A stretch of DNA of 64,000 bases from an uncultured Candidatus Saccharibacteria bacterium (GCA_964359735.1 CAYHTZ010000001.1:1457-65456), one strand, 5' to 3'; positions 1 through 10,731 are shown, counted from the first letter of the stretch. Program-made: numbers and translations. The notes: a model not told the origin generated them from the sequence alone.

Positions 1-2063
1 CGCCCTCCAGGCCGAAAGTAAAATGACACAGAAAACTCCTGCTGTCCCTTTAGTTCATCGTGCTTCAACGGTATGGTCAGGCCGCTTCTTCCTTCCTGCT
101 GCACGAATGCGATGTCTGTCTCGAGAGGGTCGAACGGTCTAACTAACGCCGCCCCTTCCCCGTCAAATAGCAGGAAGACAGTGAATGCACCGCCCTTCAA
201 TGTTTCTTGTCTCCTTTGCTCCTCAAAATCCGATAGATCGAACGTAAGTGTTAACAGCTTTCCTTCAATCTCCGAAACTGAAATAACCTGCTCAGACAGT
301 AACACCGTAGGTTGTGTAAAGGCTAAGGAGGTACGCGGGTCAAGACGCCCACCCGGAAGCTGCCGCCACCGTCCATCCTCACCCACCAAAGTATCTTCGA
401 GAGTAAGAGGAGTTTCGTTGTACCGGTAGACATCAAAAACTGGCGTCGAGAGCATGCGCGGCAATTTTCTTCCCAAAAGTTCAGGCTGTCTTCCAAAACG
501 GCGAAGGTGTGTAAACGATCGTACGTACTGAAGAAATTCCTCTGCGAGCGTCGGCGTATACAGCTGATACCGAAAGGCGTGATCGTAATTCTCTGGTTCA
601 ATCGGCACGACCAGGTAGTTCGGCTGTCCAAACAAAAACATATGGGGGTCATCTTCGTGCGTGCGGATGCGCGTCGTGGCAGTGCGCCCCCGGTCAAATG
701 GCAGGCTCTGTCGGCCCCCCGCTTCGAATTCGCCCACGACTTCGCCGGGCTCAAGTGCCGACTCGACAAATTCCACTACCTGGATACGAATGTCTTTACC
801 CCAGGCAAAGATCGGGTAGGTTACCCACGTGACTCCAGCTGTGTAGACAAAAAGAAATAACGCCAGCACGGTGGCAAGTGTTCTACGCCCCCACACCTTC
901 GCGAAAGGGAAGTTGCCCGCGATCACCGCCGGGAAGAGCACTACGAAGGTAGAGAGCGGCATAGCATACCGATCGTCCAAAGGACCGGTGAAACTAAGAC
1001 TGTGGTAAACAAGCAGTGAAGCTAAAAGTGTCAGAAGATAAGGGACCGCTTGCTTCGCGCGCCAAGCCGCTACCACGAGCCCCGTAAAGAGAAGAGCCAT
1101 AAACGGAAACACCCGTCGCAGTGCTCCCCCAAAGATCATTTCCAAGAATACCCTGGGTGGCTCGTTATAATCCCGCCAGCTCGTGAGAAACGATTGAATC
1201 GTGGGTAGCCACTTCACCGTGAACACTTGCGTCGTAGGCTCCGTTAGCACCTTCCACCAACGAGCAAAATCAATGAATGGGTAAGGATACAGCGCGAAAA
1301 AAGCCGCCATTGCAGCTACTACGGCCGCGACAGGGTTGCCTCCCACGAGTAAACTCAGCCGTTTCTCGCGAGCAGCTCGTAGGATATGCGCCAGCAGCAC
1401 TACCGGCAGGACAACCACCACTGACGGCTTCGTTGCCGCCCCAATACCCGCCGTCAGCCCCGCCAGCACGTACCAAAATCGGCTACCACGATCGTAGATG
1501 CGAATCGCACATAAAAGTAGCAGCGCATCGTATGTAGCCACTAACAGATCCCCCTTCAGCAGCTGTGAGTAGTACCAATGGCCCGGCATAACAGCTAAGA
1601 GCGCCATGGCCAGCATGCCGCTTCTCACTCCGCCGAGCCGAACACCCAGAGCGTATACCGTGAGCAGCCCCAGCACGCCAAATACGCTATTCACTGCTCG
1701 CGCGGTGGCATACTCAAACACGACGTTCTGATCCGAGTTCCAACCTACCTTCTCACCTAGCGTAAACAGCGGCCGTGCGATGACACGCCACAGAAAAACC
1801 GGGCGCACAATCTCGTATTCATGGAACTGTTCCTTGTACTCACTCCAAGGAATTTTCAGGAAATGCATCACGTGCGGCTCATCGTGGTGGGGAGGTCCTA
1901 TGGGCTGCGTGTAAGAAAGTCCCCAATCCAGCCCACCGACTCGCAAATACACGCCGAGCAAAAAAATTGCCACCCAGAGCCAGCGGCCGGCTCGTGAGGC
2001 AGGAAGTCTCCACGCTCCCGACCACTCCTGTTTAAGATACGCCAATATTTTTTTCACCGTCAT
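1..2063 (-). CDS. GT-C fold (PMT/ArnT-like) membrane glycosyltransferase, 3' end outside window
   Basis: Absent from the ORF track, consistent with running off the edge. ATG at 2063 gives MTVKKILAY...LRVGGLDWGL...HHDEPH (first TM helix then DE motif); frame spot-checked at ~850-900 as hydrophobic. Confidence 0.8.
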   Translation of the reverse strand, partial: MTVKKILAYLKQEWSGAWRLPASRAGRWLWVAIFLLGVYLRVGGLDWGLSYTQPIGPPHHDEPHVMHFLKIPWSEYKEQFHEYEIVRPVFLWRVIARPLFTLGEKVGWNSDQNVVFEYATARAVNSVFGVLGLLTVYALGVRLGGVRSGMLAMALLAVMPGHWYYSQLLKGDLLVATYDALLLLCAIRIYDRGSRFWYVLAGLTAGIGAATKPSVVVVLPVVLLAHILRAAREKRLSLLVGGNPVAAVVAAMAAFFALYPYPFIDFARWWKVLTEPTTQVFTVKWLPTIQSFLTSWRDYNEPPRVFLEMIFGGALRRVFPFMALLFTGLVVAAWRAKQAVPYLLTLLASLLVYHSLSFTGPLDDRYAMPLSTFVVLFPAVIAGNFPFAKVWGRRTLATVLALFLFVYTAGVTWVTYPIFAWGKDIRIQVVEFVESALEPGEVVGEFEAGGRQSLPFDRGRTATTRIRTHEDDPHMFLFGQPNYLVVPIEPENYDHAFRYQLYTPTLAEEFLQYVRSFTHLRRFGRQPELLGRKLPRMLSTPVFDVYRYNETPLTLEDTLVGEDGRWRQLPGGRLDPRTSLAFTQPTVLLSEQVISVSEIEGKLLTLTFDLSDFEEQRRQETLKGGAFTVFLLFDGEGAALVRPFDPLETDIAFVQQEGRSGLTIPLKHDELKGQQEFSVSFYFRPGG

Positions 2064-2119
2064 GCCTATCACTATCGCCCAGGCGCTCCCTAGTGTAAAG
2101 TAGTTGCGATAGATCGATT

Positions 2120-2854
2120 ATGATCCACATCGTTATCCCCGCGTACAACGAAGGCAAAAACCTACCCGCGCTGTTGCAAGATATTGCCAAAGCACTCGCA
2201 AAAGAACCCTACGCTGCTGCCATTGTAAATGACGGCAGCAAAGATAATACAGTAGAAGTTGCACGTGGTCTCGCCAAGCAATACCCCGTGACTGTGCTTG
2301 ATCATCACGTGAACCGCGGCGTGGCTGAGGCCTTCCGCACCGGTATAGCTCATACCAGCGCCAAGGCCGCACCGAATGACGTCATCGTAATCATGGAAGG
2401 CGACGGAACTTCCTCTCCAGTTGTTTTGCCCGAAATGGCCCGGCGCGTGCGAGCCGGCGCCGACATTGTTATTGCTTCGCGCTATGAAGCGGGCGGAAAG
2501 TATCAAAAATTCCCTCTCAAGCGGCTGATTCTCAGTAAAGGCGCAAATATTGTCTTTCAGCTCCTATTTCCGGTGAAGGGCGTTAAAGATTACTCAATTT
2601 TTTATCGCGCCTATCGAGCCGGCGCCTTGCAAGAAGCTCTCGCCCATTACGGCGACAAATTCATTACTGTGCAAACTTTTTTTGCAAACATTGAAATACT
2701 CTTGAACCTACGGCCATTTATTACACGAGTTGAAGAAGTGCCCTTTGTGTACGACTACGGTAAAAAAAGAGGTAAAAGCGGCATGAAAATCTGGAAAAAT
2801 TTGCGGTCGTATCTCTCCTTCATAGCCCAGCATGCCTTCCGAAGCGAAAAGTGA
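2120..2854 (+). CDS. GT2 glycosyltransferase (polyprenol-phosphate sugar synthase-like)
   Basis: VIPAYNE, VNDGSKD, MEGD, IASRY motifs. Confidence 0.9.
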   Translation: MIHIVIPAYNEGKNLPALLQDIAKALAKEPYAAAIVNDGSKDNTVEVARGLAKQYPVTVLDHHVNRGVAEAFRTGIAHTSAKAAPNDVIVIMEGDGTSSPVVLPEMARRVRAGADIVIASRYEAGGKYQKFPLKRLILSKGANIVFQLLFPVKGVKDYSIFYRAYRAGALQEALAHYGDKFITVQTFFANIEILLNLRPFITRVEEVPFVYDYGKKRGKSGMKIWKNLRSYLSFIAQHAFRSEK

Positions 2855-3770
2855 AGATAAATTCGTCTGTCACTTATGCGGAGCAGGCTCGTATAGAGTA
2901 GTTGTTCGAGGAAATACCAGCCGGCAACAGGCGGCGGGACATGGCGAAGTTTCCATGGAGGAGTATACGTGCACCAGCCGGCACCACGGACAATTCTTTC
3001 AGGTGGTGGAGTGTTTGCGCTGCCGCCTACGCTCCCTCTTCCCTCTGCCTCCAGCGCAGGCAGTTGAAGACGCCTACACGCGCGTTAAGGATAGCGAGTA
3101 CCTCTCCATTGAACCTCCGCGTAAAATAGCTTTCACAAAACTTCTGCAGCGGTTAAAGAATTACTCAAAGCCGCCAGGCAAGCTTCTCGATGTCGGCTGC
3201 TACACCGGCGTGTTTCCCTGGCTCGCAGAGCAGCATGGATACGATGCCTACGGAGTGGAGCCAAGCAAGTGGGCTGCAGACATTGCGGCAGAGCGACTGC
3301 CTGGCAGAATTCATCAAGGCTATTTAGAGAACGCTGCGTTTCCATCAGCCTCATTTGATCTGGTGACTTCCTGGGATGTTATCGAGCATGTCACCGACCC
3401 GGCCAAAGAAATTAAGCTCATGGCGGGCCTCCTTAAGCCGAGCGGCTGGCTTTGCCTATCCACCATGGCTTCTGAAGCGCTGATCGTAAAAACCCTCGGC
3501 TCGCGCTGGCCCTGGTACATGCCTATGCACCTTTTCTACTTCACTCCGCAAACATTAAGTGAATTTCTGCGCCGCGCTGGGCTCTCTCCAAAGCGTCCCG
3601 AGCCGTACCCGCACTACACCACTATGTCGTACGTGTTCTGGAAGTTAGAGCCAGCACTTGGGCTACTCGCCCGCGCCTTGTCCCGCAGCGCCAGGCAGTT
3701 GGGGTTTTCAGAGCGGGTTATAAAAATTGACCTAGGAGATTTCTTTCTCATCGCCGCCAAGAAGCAATGA
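2832..3770 (+). CDS. Class I SAM methyltransferase with N-terminal Cys-pair (Zn) motif
   Basis: CHLCG...CLRC, LLDVGCYTG, WDVIEH, HLFYFT. Confidence 0.88.
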   Translation: MPSEAKSEDKFVCHLCGAGSYRVVVRGNTSRQQAAGHGEVSMEEYTCTSRHHGQFFQVVECLRCRLRSLFPLPPAQAVEDAYTRVKDSEYLSIEPPRKIAFTKLLQRLKNYSKPPGKLLDVGCYTGVFPWLAEQHGYDAYGVEPSKWAADIAAERLPGRIHQGYLENAAFPSASFDLVTSWDVIEHVTDPAKEIKLMAGLLKPSGWLCLSTMASEALIVKTLGSRWPWYMPMHLFYFTPQTLSEFLRRAGLSPKRPEPYPHYTTMSYVFWKLEPALGLLARALSRSARQLGFSERVIKIDLGDFFLIAAKKQ

Positions 3771-5416
3771 TAAAATACTTCTCAATGAACCGCCGCCTCC
3801 GTATCTTTGTTGATGTAACGCTGATTGTAGTGCTAGTAGCTTCCGCTCTTGCCGTCCGCGTCCCTATCGCGCTGGAGAGAAAAATCATGCCGGCCGGCGA
3901 CGTTTTTAACTTGCAACACATTGCCGATTTTATCCTGCGGTTCGACTATCCTAACCGAGAGAACCGTCTCCCAGGCTTCCCAGCCCTTTTGCTGCTAACT
4001 CGACCATTCCCCGTTGACCCAGTCCAAGCTGCGGTAGGCGTTAGCATTGCGCTCTCTTCTCTCATGCTGGCGTGCCTGTATGGCATAGGCCGCACGCTCG
4101 GCATTCACCGTGTGCCGCTTTTCGCCACATTAAGTCTGTCAATTTTTGACCCCCTTCTCACCATTGGCGCCGTGCGGCCGCTGTCCGACGCTACCTTTTT
4201 ATTCTTCTTAAGCCTGTATCTATTTTTGGTTATCCGTGTGCTGGCGGGAGAAGAAGCGCCCGCTAAGCGCTGGCTTGTCTTCATAGGGCTCGCCACTATC
4301 GCCATGATGTTTACTCGATTCGAAGGCGTCGTGGTGGCGGCTTTAACATTGCCACTTCTGTGGTTTAAACTTCCTTGGAAGAAAGTCGTGGCTACCATTG
4401 CGATTCCTTTCGTCACCGGGCTGCTCTGGATACCCGTCCACTTACATATCCACGGCTCTCTAGCCGGAGGGTACATAGCCGCCTTTGCGGACCCGAGCGG
4501 CGATTTTGGCAACCTCAGCACTGTTCCTAGCAAAATCCTCATCATGGTGAAAAGTGCTGGCTGGGGAACAGCATGGACACTTCCTGCATACGAACTCGAG
4601 CAAGAACCAAATGAAGAAGCCCTACAGCGCCTCGTGATCCAGGGCACGTGGTGGCTAAGCATTTTAGCAATACTTGGCATACCTTGGCTGCTCATTACCA
4701 AACGTTCCGCCGCCCTTCCTTTACTCCTAGCAGCTGCTGGGTACATGTGTATCCTCTCTCTTTGGTTCCTCTACAGCCGCTTTGTGGTACCGCTGGTGCC
4801 AATCTTTTATCTCACAGTCGCTGCCGGGGGAAGTTTTCTTATGAGTGCAATTGCAGGCGAGCGCAGCCGTCCAAATTATGGCGACTTAGCGCGCGGCGCG
4901 GGACTCCCAAGCTTAAGTCTTGCGAAGCAAGACGAGCAACGCATGAAAAATCGGAGCCATAATTTGGGGAGGCTGGAAGCGAGCCTCATCCTAGCCACAA
5001 TTTTCTTCGGCTGGATTCTCTGGACTGAGGCACCCCGGTTGTACCACCAAGCCCTCAGCCGCGCTTGGGAAAGCAACCAAAAAGGGTATTCGCTCTTCGA
5101 CGGCCTGCGCCAAACCGCCAAGCTAAAGGAGCCCACAGCTTATTGGACCGAGGCTCATGCCTTCGCCACACTGTATTTGAAAGAACACGGTTTCTACTTT
5201 AACCGTCGCCCTAATGACTCTCCCGAAGAGTTACATGAACTCATGCAGGAAAATAAAATTAAGCACCTCATTAATTCGGGTGACGATACACGCGTTCCCG
5301 AACTCAGAAAGCTCCTCCAAGAGCGCGGCAATGTTGCGTCCACCACCACGTACCGTGCACTCATTTGGGGCGATGGCAGCTTAGAAACAACGGACGTGGA
5401 TCACTTAGTCTGGTGA
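3767..5416 (+). CDS. GT-C fold membrane glycosyltransferase with in-frame 128-bp insertion
   Basis: Multi-TM protein with RLPGFP, LSDA and TRFEG motifs. Confidence 0.75.
   Translation: MIKYFSMNRRLRIFVDVTLIVVLVASALAVRVPIALERKIMPAGDVFNLQHIADFILRFDYPNRENRLPGFPALLLLTRPFPVDPVQAAVGVSIALSSLMLACLYGIGRTLGIHRVPLFATLSLSIFDPLLTIGAVRPLSDATFLFFLSLYLFLVIRVLAGEEAPAKRWLVFIGLATIAMMFTRFEGVVVAALTLPLLWFKLPWKKVVATIAIPFVTGLLWIPVHLHIHGSLAGGYIAAFADPSGDFGNLSTVPSKILIMVKSAGWGTAWTLPAYELEQEPNEEALQRLVIQGTWWLSILAILGIPWLLITKRSAALPLLLAAAGYMCILSLWFLYSRFVVPLVPIFYLTVAAGGSFLMSAIAGERSRPNYGDLARGAGLPSLSLAKQDEQRMKNRSHNLGRLEASLILATIFFGWILWTEAPRLYHQALSRAWESNQKGYSLFDGLRQTAKLKEPTAYWTEAHAFATLYLKEHGFYFNRRPNDSPEELHELMQENKIKHLINSGDDTRVPELRKLLQERGNVASTTTYRALIWGDGSLETTDVDHLVW
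4857..4984 (+). repeat. 128-bp structured element, family C copy 1 (in-frame)
   Basis: Near-identical to 11956-12083; nested stems; GCGAGC at both ends. Confidence 0.93.
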
Positions 5417-6279
5417 TACCACTCCACCGTTCGCCTGATTCCTTCCTCCAATGTAACTCCTGGCTCCCAGGCCAAGAGCCGCTTCGCTTTCGAATTATCG
5501 AGTACCCAGGAATCATCTCCTTTCCCCGGATATGGCGTTACCTGACGGGAGATCTTTTTTCCCGTCACCTGTTCGATCGCTTGCAAAATGTCTTCAAATG
5601 AATGGGCCTCATCTGCCGCGACATTGAATTCTTCATACTTTTCTCCGCTTCTCACCGAAGCTAAAAGATACACCTCCACGACATCATCAATATACGTAAA
5701 ATTGCGTACCAGCGGGCCTACCGAAATAGTAAACGGTGTACCTTCCAGCGCGGCGCGCACCGCCGTTAAAACAAAACGCGAGGGGGAGTCCCCTGGTCCA
5801 AAAACGGGAGACAAGCGCAATACACTGACTGAGATATCGTGTTTTTCAGAGAACAGCCGACAAAAAAACGTGGCCGCAGCCTTCGTCACCGCATAATCAT
5901 CCCACGGAGAGAGCGGCGTATCTTCCGTAATTGGCACGCGGCTGGTCGCATACTCTTTGGCACTGGCCGCAAAAATGAATCTCGTGCACCCATGCTTTAC
6001 TGCTGCTGAGAGCAAGTGATACGTCCCCGTGATATTCACCGCAACCATGCGCGGCACATCTTTTTCATGTCCGAATGTGCCATAGGCCGCCAAGTGAAAA
6101 ATAACTTCAGGCTTTGCCTCCTCCACTGCGCGCTCCACGGCCTCAACATCTGTGATATCTCCCTCCGGCAAAGAAAATGTTGCTACCTCAACCCCTTGCA
6201 CTTGCAACTGTCGAACCAAATGCGCCCCCACAAACCCCGTTGCCCCCGTGACCAGAGCGCGAGTGTACAGCACCTTCAT
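5401..6279 (-). CDS. NAD-dependent epimerase/dehydratase (extended SDR)
   Basis: LVTGATGFVG and YAVTK motifs. Confidence 0.9.
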   Translation of the reverse strand: MKVLYTRALVTGATGFVGAHLVRQLQVQGVEVATFSLPEGDITDVEAVERAVEEAKPEVIFHLAAYGTFGHEKDVPRMVAVNITGTYHLLSAAVKHGCTRFIFAASAKEYATSRVPITEDTPLSPWDDYAVTKAAATFFCRLFSEKHDISVSVLRLSPVFGPGDSPSRFVLTAVRAALEGTPFTISVGPLVRNFTYIDDVVEVYLLASVRSGEKYEEFNVAADEAHSFEDILQAIEQVTGKKISRQVTPYPGKGDDSWVLDNSKAKRLLAWEPGVTLEEGIRRTVEWYHQTK

Positions 6280-7508
6280 ACAATTTCAATTTCCGGAAAG
6301 GGAATAATGATCTTGGCTCCTTGGTCTCGGTACGGCGATAATTTCTGCAAAATGGCATCGCGAAAGTTATAGGCAAGGAGCAGAAAGTAATCAACTTTTT
6401 CTTCTGCTAGCTTTTCTTCCGGATAAACCGGTATGTGCACACCTGGCATAAAACGGTGTTGCTTTAAGGGAGTACTATCCACCAAGTAATCTATAAGTTC
6501 GCCGTCGATTCTACAGTAATTAAGCAAAATCACACCCTTCGCTGGGGCTGCCACGCCCACTACCTTCTTACCTTGTCTCTTGAGCTTCTGCAGCAGGTTC
6601 CGCAGTCCTACGCGGTAGTCCGCTGCTTGCTTGGCAAATTTTTCGAATGCCTCTCGCTTGTGCAGCCCTGCCGCCCGCTCCTCGCGGACAACTCGCGCGA
6701 CTCCCGGTAAAATCTTGTGCTTTTTGCTCCCTGCATGGGCAACGTAAACGCGCAAACTACCGCCCTGCGTCAACACTTTCTTTACATCAAATACCTTCAT
6801 GTCATGCCCTTCAAAAAACGTGAGTAATGGTTCCAGCGCAAAGAAAGAAAGGTGTTCATGGTAAATCACATCAAAAAACTTCTGCTTAAACATTTCGAGC
6901 AAATGGGCGAATTCAATCACGAAAATTCCCTCGGGTTTAAGTAACTCTTTCACCCCGCTGGCGAAATCGTGAATATCGTTAGTGTGGGCAAAGACATTTG
7001 TAGCCGTGATGATGTCAAATTGCCCGTACTTTTTGCGCATCTTCTTCGCAAGCGCGTGAGAGAAAAACTCAGGCAACACTGTTACCCCCTTGGTCTTGGC
7101 AATGAGCACCACGTTCTTCGCCGGGTCAACACCAAGCGTTTCTGCCCCCAGAGCCTTGAACTCTAAGAGTAACGTGCCATCATTCGCCCCGACGTCGAGT
7201 ACTTTCGTCTTTTTCGTGACTCCGAACCGTTTCTTGCTCTCAGCCGCCAATTCTCGAAAGTGCGTCACCAGCGGCGCAGATGCCGAGGTCAGGTAATGAT
7301 ACGTCCCAAACAGTTTTTCCGGCGGCACGATCTCGTCGATTAAAGCCAAGCCACAGTCTGCACAGCGGCAAAACCGTAAGGGAAATAGCTCTTCCTTCTG
7401 AAAATCTCCTTCCGTTTCGAGGAATTTATTCGGCGCCGGCATCATGCCGAGGTCCAAAATCCTCGTAATTTCCCGTCCTCCACATATGCGGCAGCTGGTC
7501 ACTTTCAT
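6276..7508 (-). CDS. NDP-hexose C-methyltransferase (Zn-binding)
   Basis: CRICG, CADCG, LDVGANDG, IYHEH, QGGSLR, APAKG; start chosen at MKVTSC, which has TACAAT 7 nt upstream. Confidence 0.88.
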   Translation of the reverse strand: MKVTSCRICGGREITRILDLGMMPAPNKFLETEGDFQKEELFPLRFCRCADCGLALIDEIVPPEKLFGTYHYLTSASAPLVTHFRELAAESKKRFGVTKKTKVLDVGANDGTLLLEFKALGAETLGVDPAKNVVLIAKTKGVTVLPEFFSHALAKKMRKKYGQFDIITATNVFAHTNDIHDFASGVKELLKPEGIFVIEFAHLLEMFKQKFFDVIYHEHLSFFALEPLLTFFEGHDMKVFDVKKVLTQGGSLRVYVAHAGSKKHKILPGVARVVREERAAGLHKREAFEKFAKQAADYRVGLRNLLQKLKRQGKKVVGVAAPAKGVILLNYCRIDGELIDYLVDSTPLKQHRFMPGVHIPVYPEEKLAEEKVDYFLLLAYNFRDAILQKLSPYRDQGAKIIIPFPEIEIV

Positions 7509-7540
7509 GGTGCTGATTGTAGACGGGCTTCCTGGAAACC

Positions 7541-8281
7541 TCAACCGCGGACCGGTTGGAAGACAGGGTCCTTTCTTCCTGCTCTCGCCAGGTGGTAGCG
7601 CGCTAACGTCCAGAGCATCTCGGCCGTGTATTTAATACCTTTGCGCAGACCCATTTGCGTTACGCCCGGCGGGTATTCGCACACCACCGCTATCTCTGTA
7701 ATCGTAAAGCCGTGATAAATCGCCTGCAGAATAGTTTCAAAGCTGAATAAGTGATCATTTGAATTCGCCTCAAAGTTAACTCGCTCCAGGAACGGCCGCG
7801 TATATACGCGAAAGCCCGTCTGAAATTCCGTCAGGCGCGTGCCTAAACTTACGTTCGCAATCCAGGTCAAAATAATGTTCACCACGTACTTAATTAGCGA
7901 CATCCCCGCCTCCCGGGCCGTTCCCCCCTCCATGAGCCGAGAGCCCAGTAACATGCCGTCGGTGGGCTTTAGTGCCGCCAGCACTTTCGAGAGATCCCCG
8001 CCATTATATTGTCCGTCTGCGTGTAACTCAAAAAATATATCGCCGTCTGTCTCTAAAGCTTTTCTCAGCATCCCTTTCATATTGCCGCCATAGCCCAAAT
8101 TACGCTCATTCTGATACACCCGCGCTGGCAAGGTTTTAGCTAATTCAAATGTCTCATTATTATCGGGAGATTTATCATCCACTATAATAACTTCCTCTAC
8201 CAACTCCCGCGGGATTTTCCGAAACGTTTCAACCACACGTTTCCCAGCCCGATACGCCGGCATAAGCACTACAACCTTCAT
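7541..8281 (-). CDS. GT2 glycosyltransferase
   Basis: MKVVVLMPAY, VDDKS, NLGYGGN, LHADGQY; start 8281 has TATACT 6 nt upstream. Confidence 0.88.
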   Translation of the reverse strand: MKVVVLMPAYRAGKRVVETFRKIPRELVEEVIIVDDKSPDNNETFELAKTLPARVYQNERNLGYGGNMKGMLRKALETDGDIFFELHADGQYNGGDLSKVLAALKPTDGMLLGSRLMEGGTAREAGMSLIKYVVNIILTWIANVSLGTRLTEFQTGFRVYTRPFLERVNFEANSNDHLFSFETILQAIYHGFTITEIAVVCEYPPGVTQMGLRKGIKYTAEMLWTLARYHLARAGRKDPVFQPVRG

Positions 8282-8309
8282 AAAAACAGTATAAACGTGG
8301 CCTTTAGTC

Positions 8310-9959
8310 TTACAACACCCATCTTGCTTTAGGATCAGAGACGATTTCCTCTTCAGCGCACTGCGGCAATTCAATAAGGTCACCGTCTCTAACTGCATCT
8401 CGCTCCTCCGTCGGCCGCTCGTTCTGCGGCAAACGTTCGAAAATCCAGACATGAGGCAGACCGTTCACAGTCAGCTGCCAGTTACATTTCCCTCGGCCAA
8501 AGTACGCCTGAAGATACCGTATAGATTCATGGCTCGGCCCACGACCGAACATGGTACGGTAAAGAATAACGTATTTGTAATCATCACGATCGTACTCATG
8601 TCCAATTGATTCAGCAATCCCCCCATAAAATTCCCGCAGGACAAACGCATATGCCACGGCGACTGGCGGCGGCTCTTCTCCTTCTAGAACGCCGCCTTGA
8701 ACCCACGCTGCTGCCCGCTCCAACCCCTCGCCCCACCCAAGCTTTTGTTGCGACGTAACGGGGTACAACGGGTTAAAATAGGTCAGATAATATGGGTGAA
8801 TGTAGCTAATATCCCAAGCCAAGATTCCAGCTAACACCAAACCTGCCACGAATGCCACCTTCTCAACTTTCCAACTCCGCGCAAGTTGCGTCACCAGAGA
8901 GGACAACCAGAGTATCCCTCCGGCTGCTACAATATCCGTAACCATAAACCCTAAGAGAAAATAGCGGTCGCTTTTCTGCCCGCTGAATGTAAGCATAACG
9001 CCGTACGCCACCGTACAAACGACCAGGAACAAAATGAGGTTCCTCGCCGGAAACTGCGGCAGGCTCTGATTCCACACCGGGAGTGGAACTTGCTTACTCT
9101 CCCGGTGTGGTCGCCAGGTTAATAGCATTCCTGCTAACCCCACCGCCCCAAACACCACTGCCACCGGCGTCACTCGAAACCACCATTCCCGAAGGTAATA
9201 GAATGGCTCCCCTCCACCCTTGCCTACTTCTGTCTCGGCAAGACTAAGTTTTGAATATTTAGTAATAATCGAAAGTGGCTCTGCTGGTGCAAACACCGTC
9301 GGCCAAATTACGGCGGATACTGCCAGCATGAGAAGAATAATCACTCCCATGCGTTTTCCCTGATGACCGTCTCCAAATCTCTTACTGAAACTGGCTGCCA
9401 ATACGAGAATTGGCAGCCACAAAGCAAAAAACTTAGAGAGAACAGCCAGGGCCGCTGCCGCTGCCGAAATATATAAGTATCGCCGGGAGTGCATCTGCCA
9501 GGCGAGCGCTAACAGCAGCAGCGCCACCAGCATAAACCCGGCTTGTAACGCATCTGTATGCACCAAGCGGCTTTGTGCAATGTGAAATGGATCTAGAGCC
9601 AAGAGCACTCCAGTCAGGACTGCCAAAGGCCAGCCCGCGAGCCGGCCGAGCAAGACTATTGCCATCAGTAAAAGAATGCTCACAGGAATCACAATCGCGG
9701 CCTGTGATGCTTTCCAGGAGTGAAGCTGGTCAGCTATGCCAGCAAATAGCATTGTCGTTACTCCCGGCTGCCCGCCCGAAAATGTCATAGCCGGGTCGAG
9801 CGTGGAAAGCCCCACCACATACCGGTGCGCCCGTCCCCGCCAAATAGGCTCATCGTTTACAATGACACTCCCCAGGTCAGCCAGGCGCGGCCAGAGAACC
9901 AAAAGAACAAGCCCCAGCGCAATCAGAATTGGTTGTAACGATTCATCGCTCGTTCGCAT
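8310..9959 (-). CDS. GT-C fold (PMT/ArnT-like) glycosyltransferase
   Basis: NDEP, GQPGVTT, SRLVHTDA, KSDRY, GWGEGLE; paralogue of the 10902, 21252 and 26671 genes. Confidence 0.85.
   Translation of the reverse strand: MRTSDESLQPILIALGLVLLVLWPRLADLGSVIVNDEPIWRGRAHRYVVGLSTLDPAMTFSGGQPGVTTMLFAGIADQLHSWKASQAAIVIPVSILLLMAIVLLGRLAGWPLAVLTGVLLALDPFHIAQSRLVHTDALQAGFMLVALLLLALAWQMHSRRYLYISAAAAALAVLSKFFALWLPILVLAASFSKRFGDGHQGKRMGVIILLMLAVSAVIWPTVFAPAEPLSIITKYSKLSLAETEVGKGGGEPFYYLREWWFRVTPVAVVFGAVGLAGMLLTWRPHRESKQVPLPVWNQSLPQFPARNLILFLVVCTVAYGVMLTFSGQKSDRYFLLGFMVTDIVAAGGILWLSSLVTQLARSWKVEKVAFVAGLVLAGILAWDISYIHPYYLTYFNPLYPVTSQQKLGWGEGLERAAAWVQGGVLEGEEPPPVAVAYAFVLREFYGGIAESIGHEYDRDDYKYVILYRTMFGRGPSHESIRYLQAYFGRGKCNWQLTVNGLPHVWIFERLPQNERPTEERDAVRDGDLIELPQCAEEEIVSDPKARWVL
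9072..9110. repeat. Inverted repeat with 12-bp arms inside CDS
   Basis: CCACACCGGGAG-N15-CTCCCGGTGTGG, 39 nt. Confidence 0.7.
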
Positions 9960-10731
9960 ACCCTATAACTAACAAATCTAACGCTTCTTCTAGCCTATCC
10001 TTACCGACCCAAAAGCTCGACAAGGTAACCTCGTCAACATGAGCCTTCTCAGCTCGGTATGACAAAGATTTGATTGCACCTGCACCTAAGGTATAGAGCC
10101 CAAAAACGAGCGGCCGAGGCAGCCACTCTCGTGCACGCAAAAAATCTGCCCGTAGCATCATATCATTAAAATGCTGTTTTGCCCGCTTGTACCTGAGCAC
10201 ACCCTCATTGCCAAACACCCCATACAGTTCAAACCGCGAAAAATGCCTCTTTACAAGATCAGTTAACTGTGCCGGCGTGAGCTCCTTAATATGATACGGA
10301 TTAAACCCGGGAAACCTCTCTGCATTCGGAGTCGTAATAATCACTTCCCCGCCCGAGGCCGCTTGAGCCTTAAGCTGCTGCAAAAACTGGTCTTGGTCTT
10401 GAACATGTTCAACTGTTTGAAAACAGCAGACAACATCGAACTGCTTTTCTTTTATCTCAGAAGGCGGGCTATCGAGCGTCCCAGAGAAAAAAGAAAGATT
10501 CGTAGCTCGATACTTTTGTTTAGCCTCTTGAACTGTACCCGTATGCGGATCCAGCGCCACTACTTCTTGTGCCTGTTGAGCTACATACGCTGCCCCATAC
10601 CCCTCTCCGCTACCCACATCCAAAACACACTTGCCTGCCGCTCGCTGCCGGGCAAAGTCATAAGCAAATAGGCTTTCTTGATAGGTCACGTTAAATTTTC
10701 CACCCGGCAGAATTCGCTCTCCCGTGAACAT
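9943..10731 (-). CDS. Class I SAM methyltransferase
   Basis: MFTGER, VLDVGSGEGYG, FQTVEH, TTPN, NPYH; TACGCT 7 nt before ATG 10731. Confidence 0.85.
   Translation of the reverse strand: MFTGERILPGGKFNVTYQESLFAYDFARQRAAGKCVLDVGSGEGYGAAYVAQQAQEVVALDPHTGTVQEAKQKYRATNLSFFSGTLDSPPSEIKEKQFDVVCCFQTVEHVQDQDQFLQQLKAQAASGGEVIITTPNAERFPGFNPYHIKELTPAQLTDLVKRHFSRFELYGVFGNEGVLRYKRAKQHFNDMMLRADFLRAREWLPRPLVFGLYTLGAGAIKSLSYRAEKAHVDEVTLSSFWVGKDRLEEALDLLVIGYANER

Noticed and set aside
73-1537. Short ORF-track calls in the first 1.5 kb, and the many antisense ORFs elsewhere
   Set aside because: They are shadows of real genes, here the unlisted minus-strand GT-C gene starting at 2063.
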